Of a stretch of 64,000 nt of DNA, positions 63,649 to 64,000 are shown piece by piece. Source of the stretch: Babesia bigemina. Lineage: Eukaryota. Each line of letters starts with the position of its first letter. Position 1 is the first letter of the stretch. Location: the NCBI RefSeq assembly GCF_000981445.1, contig NC_027218.1, forward strand, positions 1,984,001 through 2,048,000, given 5' to 3'. The notes beneath the pieces are model-generated. The model was not told the DNA's origin. It ran no database searches and worked only from the letters and a program-made list of their open reading frames with translations. Both the position numbers and the translations under genes were made by a program.

Positions 63649-64000
63649 TTCCCATCAAATGCTCCATAAACCTGTACGGCGACAAACCGCATGCCTTTGC
63701 CCCGAACTGTTACGACGAATAGCCGCCGCTGCGCCTCCAAGAAAAGTCTAGACAACAAAACATACAACGCACCGCCAGGAATACCACAGCCTGGCGGTAC
63801 AAAACATGGATATACGGGTGAGTCAGACGCATGTGAACAGTATCTCTGCGTTGGCATGCAGATCAGCCGACGCCAGATGCCCAGTCAGCTCCATCCATCA
63901 CAGACCAACCGACTTGCCAACGCCTCTTATCAGTGTCATCACATTGGTGTTTAAATGAGTGCCTAAGTGAACCACATTAATTAGTTATCGTGCTTCTCAT

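Overview
Eukaryotic, intron-containing genomic DNA from a piroplasm, most likely Babesia of the B. bigemina/B. ovata type. This is inferred from ~33-36 nt GT-AG introns, apicomplexan housekeeping genes and VESA/ves-like antigen genes. There are three zones. (1) 1-2 kb: two housekeeping genes (PCID2/CSN12-like, RRP7-like). (2) ~2-23.8 kb: a visibly AT-richer variant-antigen island built as a ~17 kb imperfect inverted duplication. Each arm holds a giant VESA-related gene followed by a tiny Cys-rich single-pass membrane-protein gene ending ...PFCIAFY[S/N], and the arms share patches of near-perfect identity. (3) ~24-62.5 kb: a dense GC3-rich core block: PAM18, pelota, ABHD17-like hydrolase, HDEL thioredoxin-like protein, mRNA guanylyltransferase, ABC1-kinase/beta-lactamase fusion, PP1, Mpe1/RBBP6, apicoplast S9, NOP53, RPC25, mL53-like, USP36-like, Rpn13, DnaJ membrane protein, FANCJ/RTEL-like helicase, SF3B4, UNG and CPSF4-YTH. 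A third Cys-rich mini-gene follows at ~63.3 kb. The most notable signals are the palindromic 'giant antigen + Cys-rich mini-partner' cassette, the mini-gene family itself, and a tandem repeat whose unit is a complete intron plus a 40-nt micro-exon, ending next to a G-quadruplex motif at a mini-gene start. All gene calls are by manual motif recognition; no searches were run.
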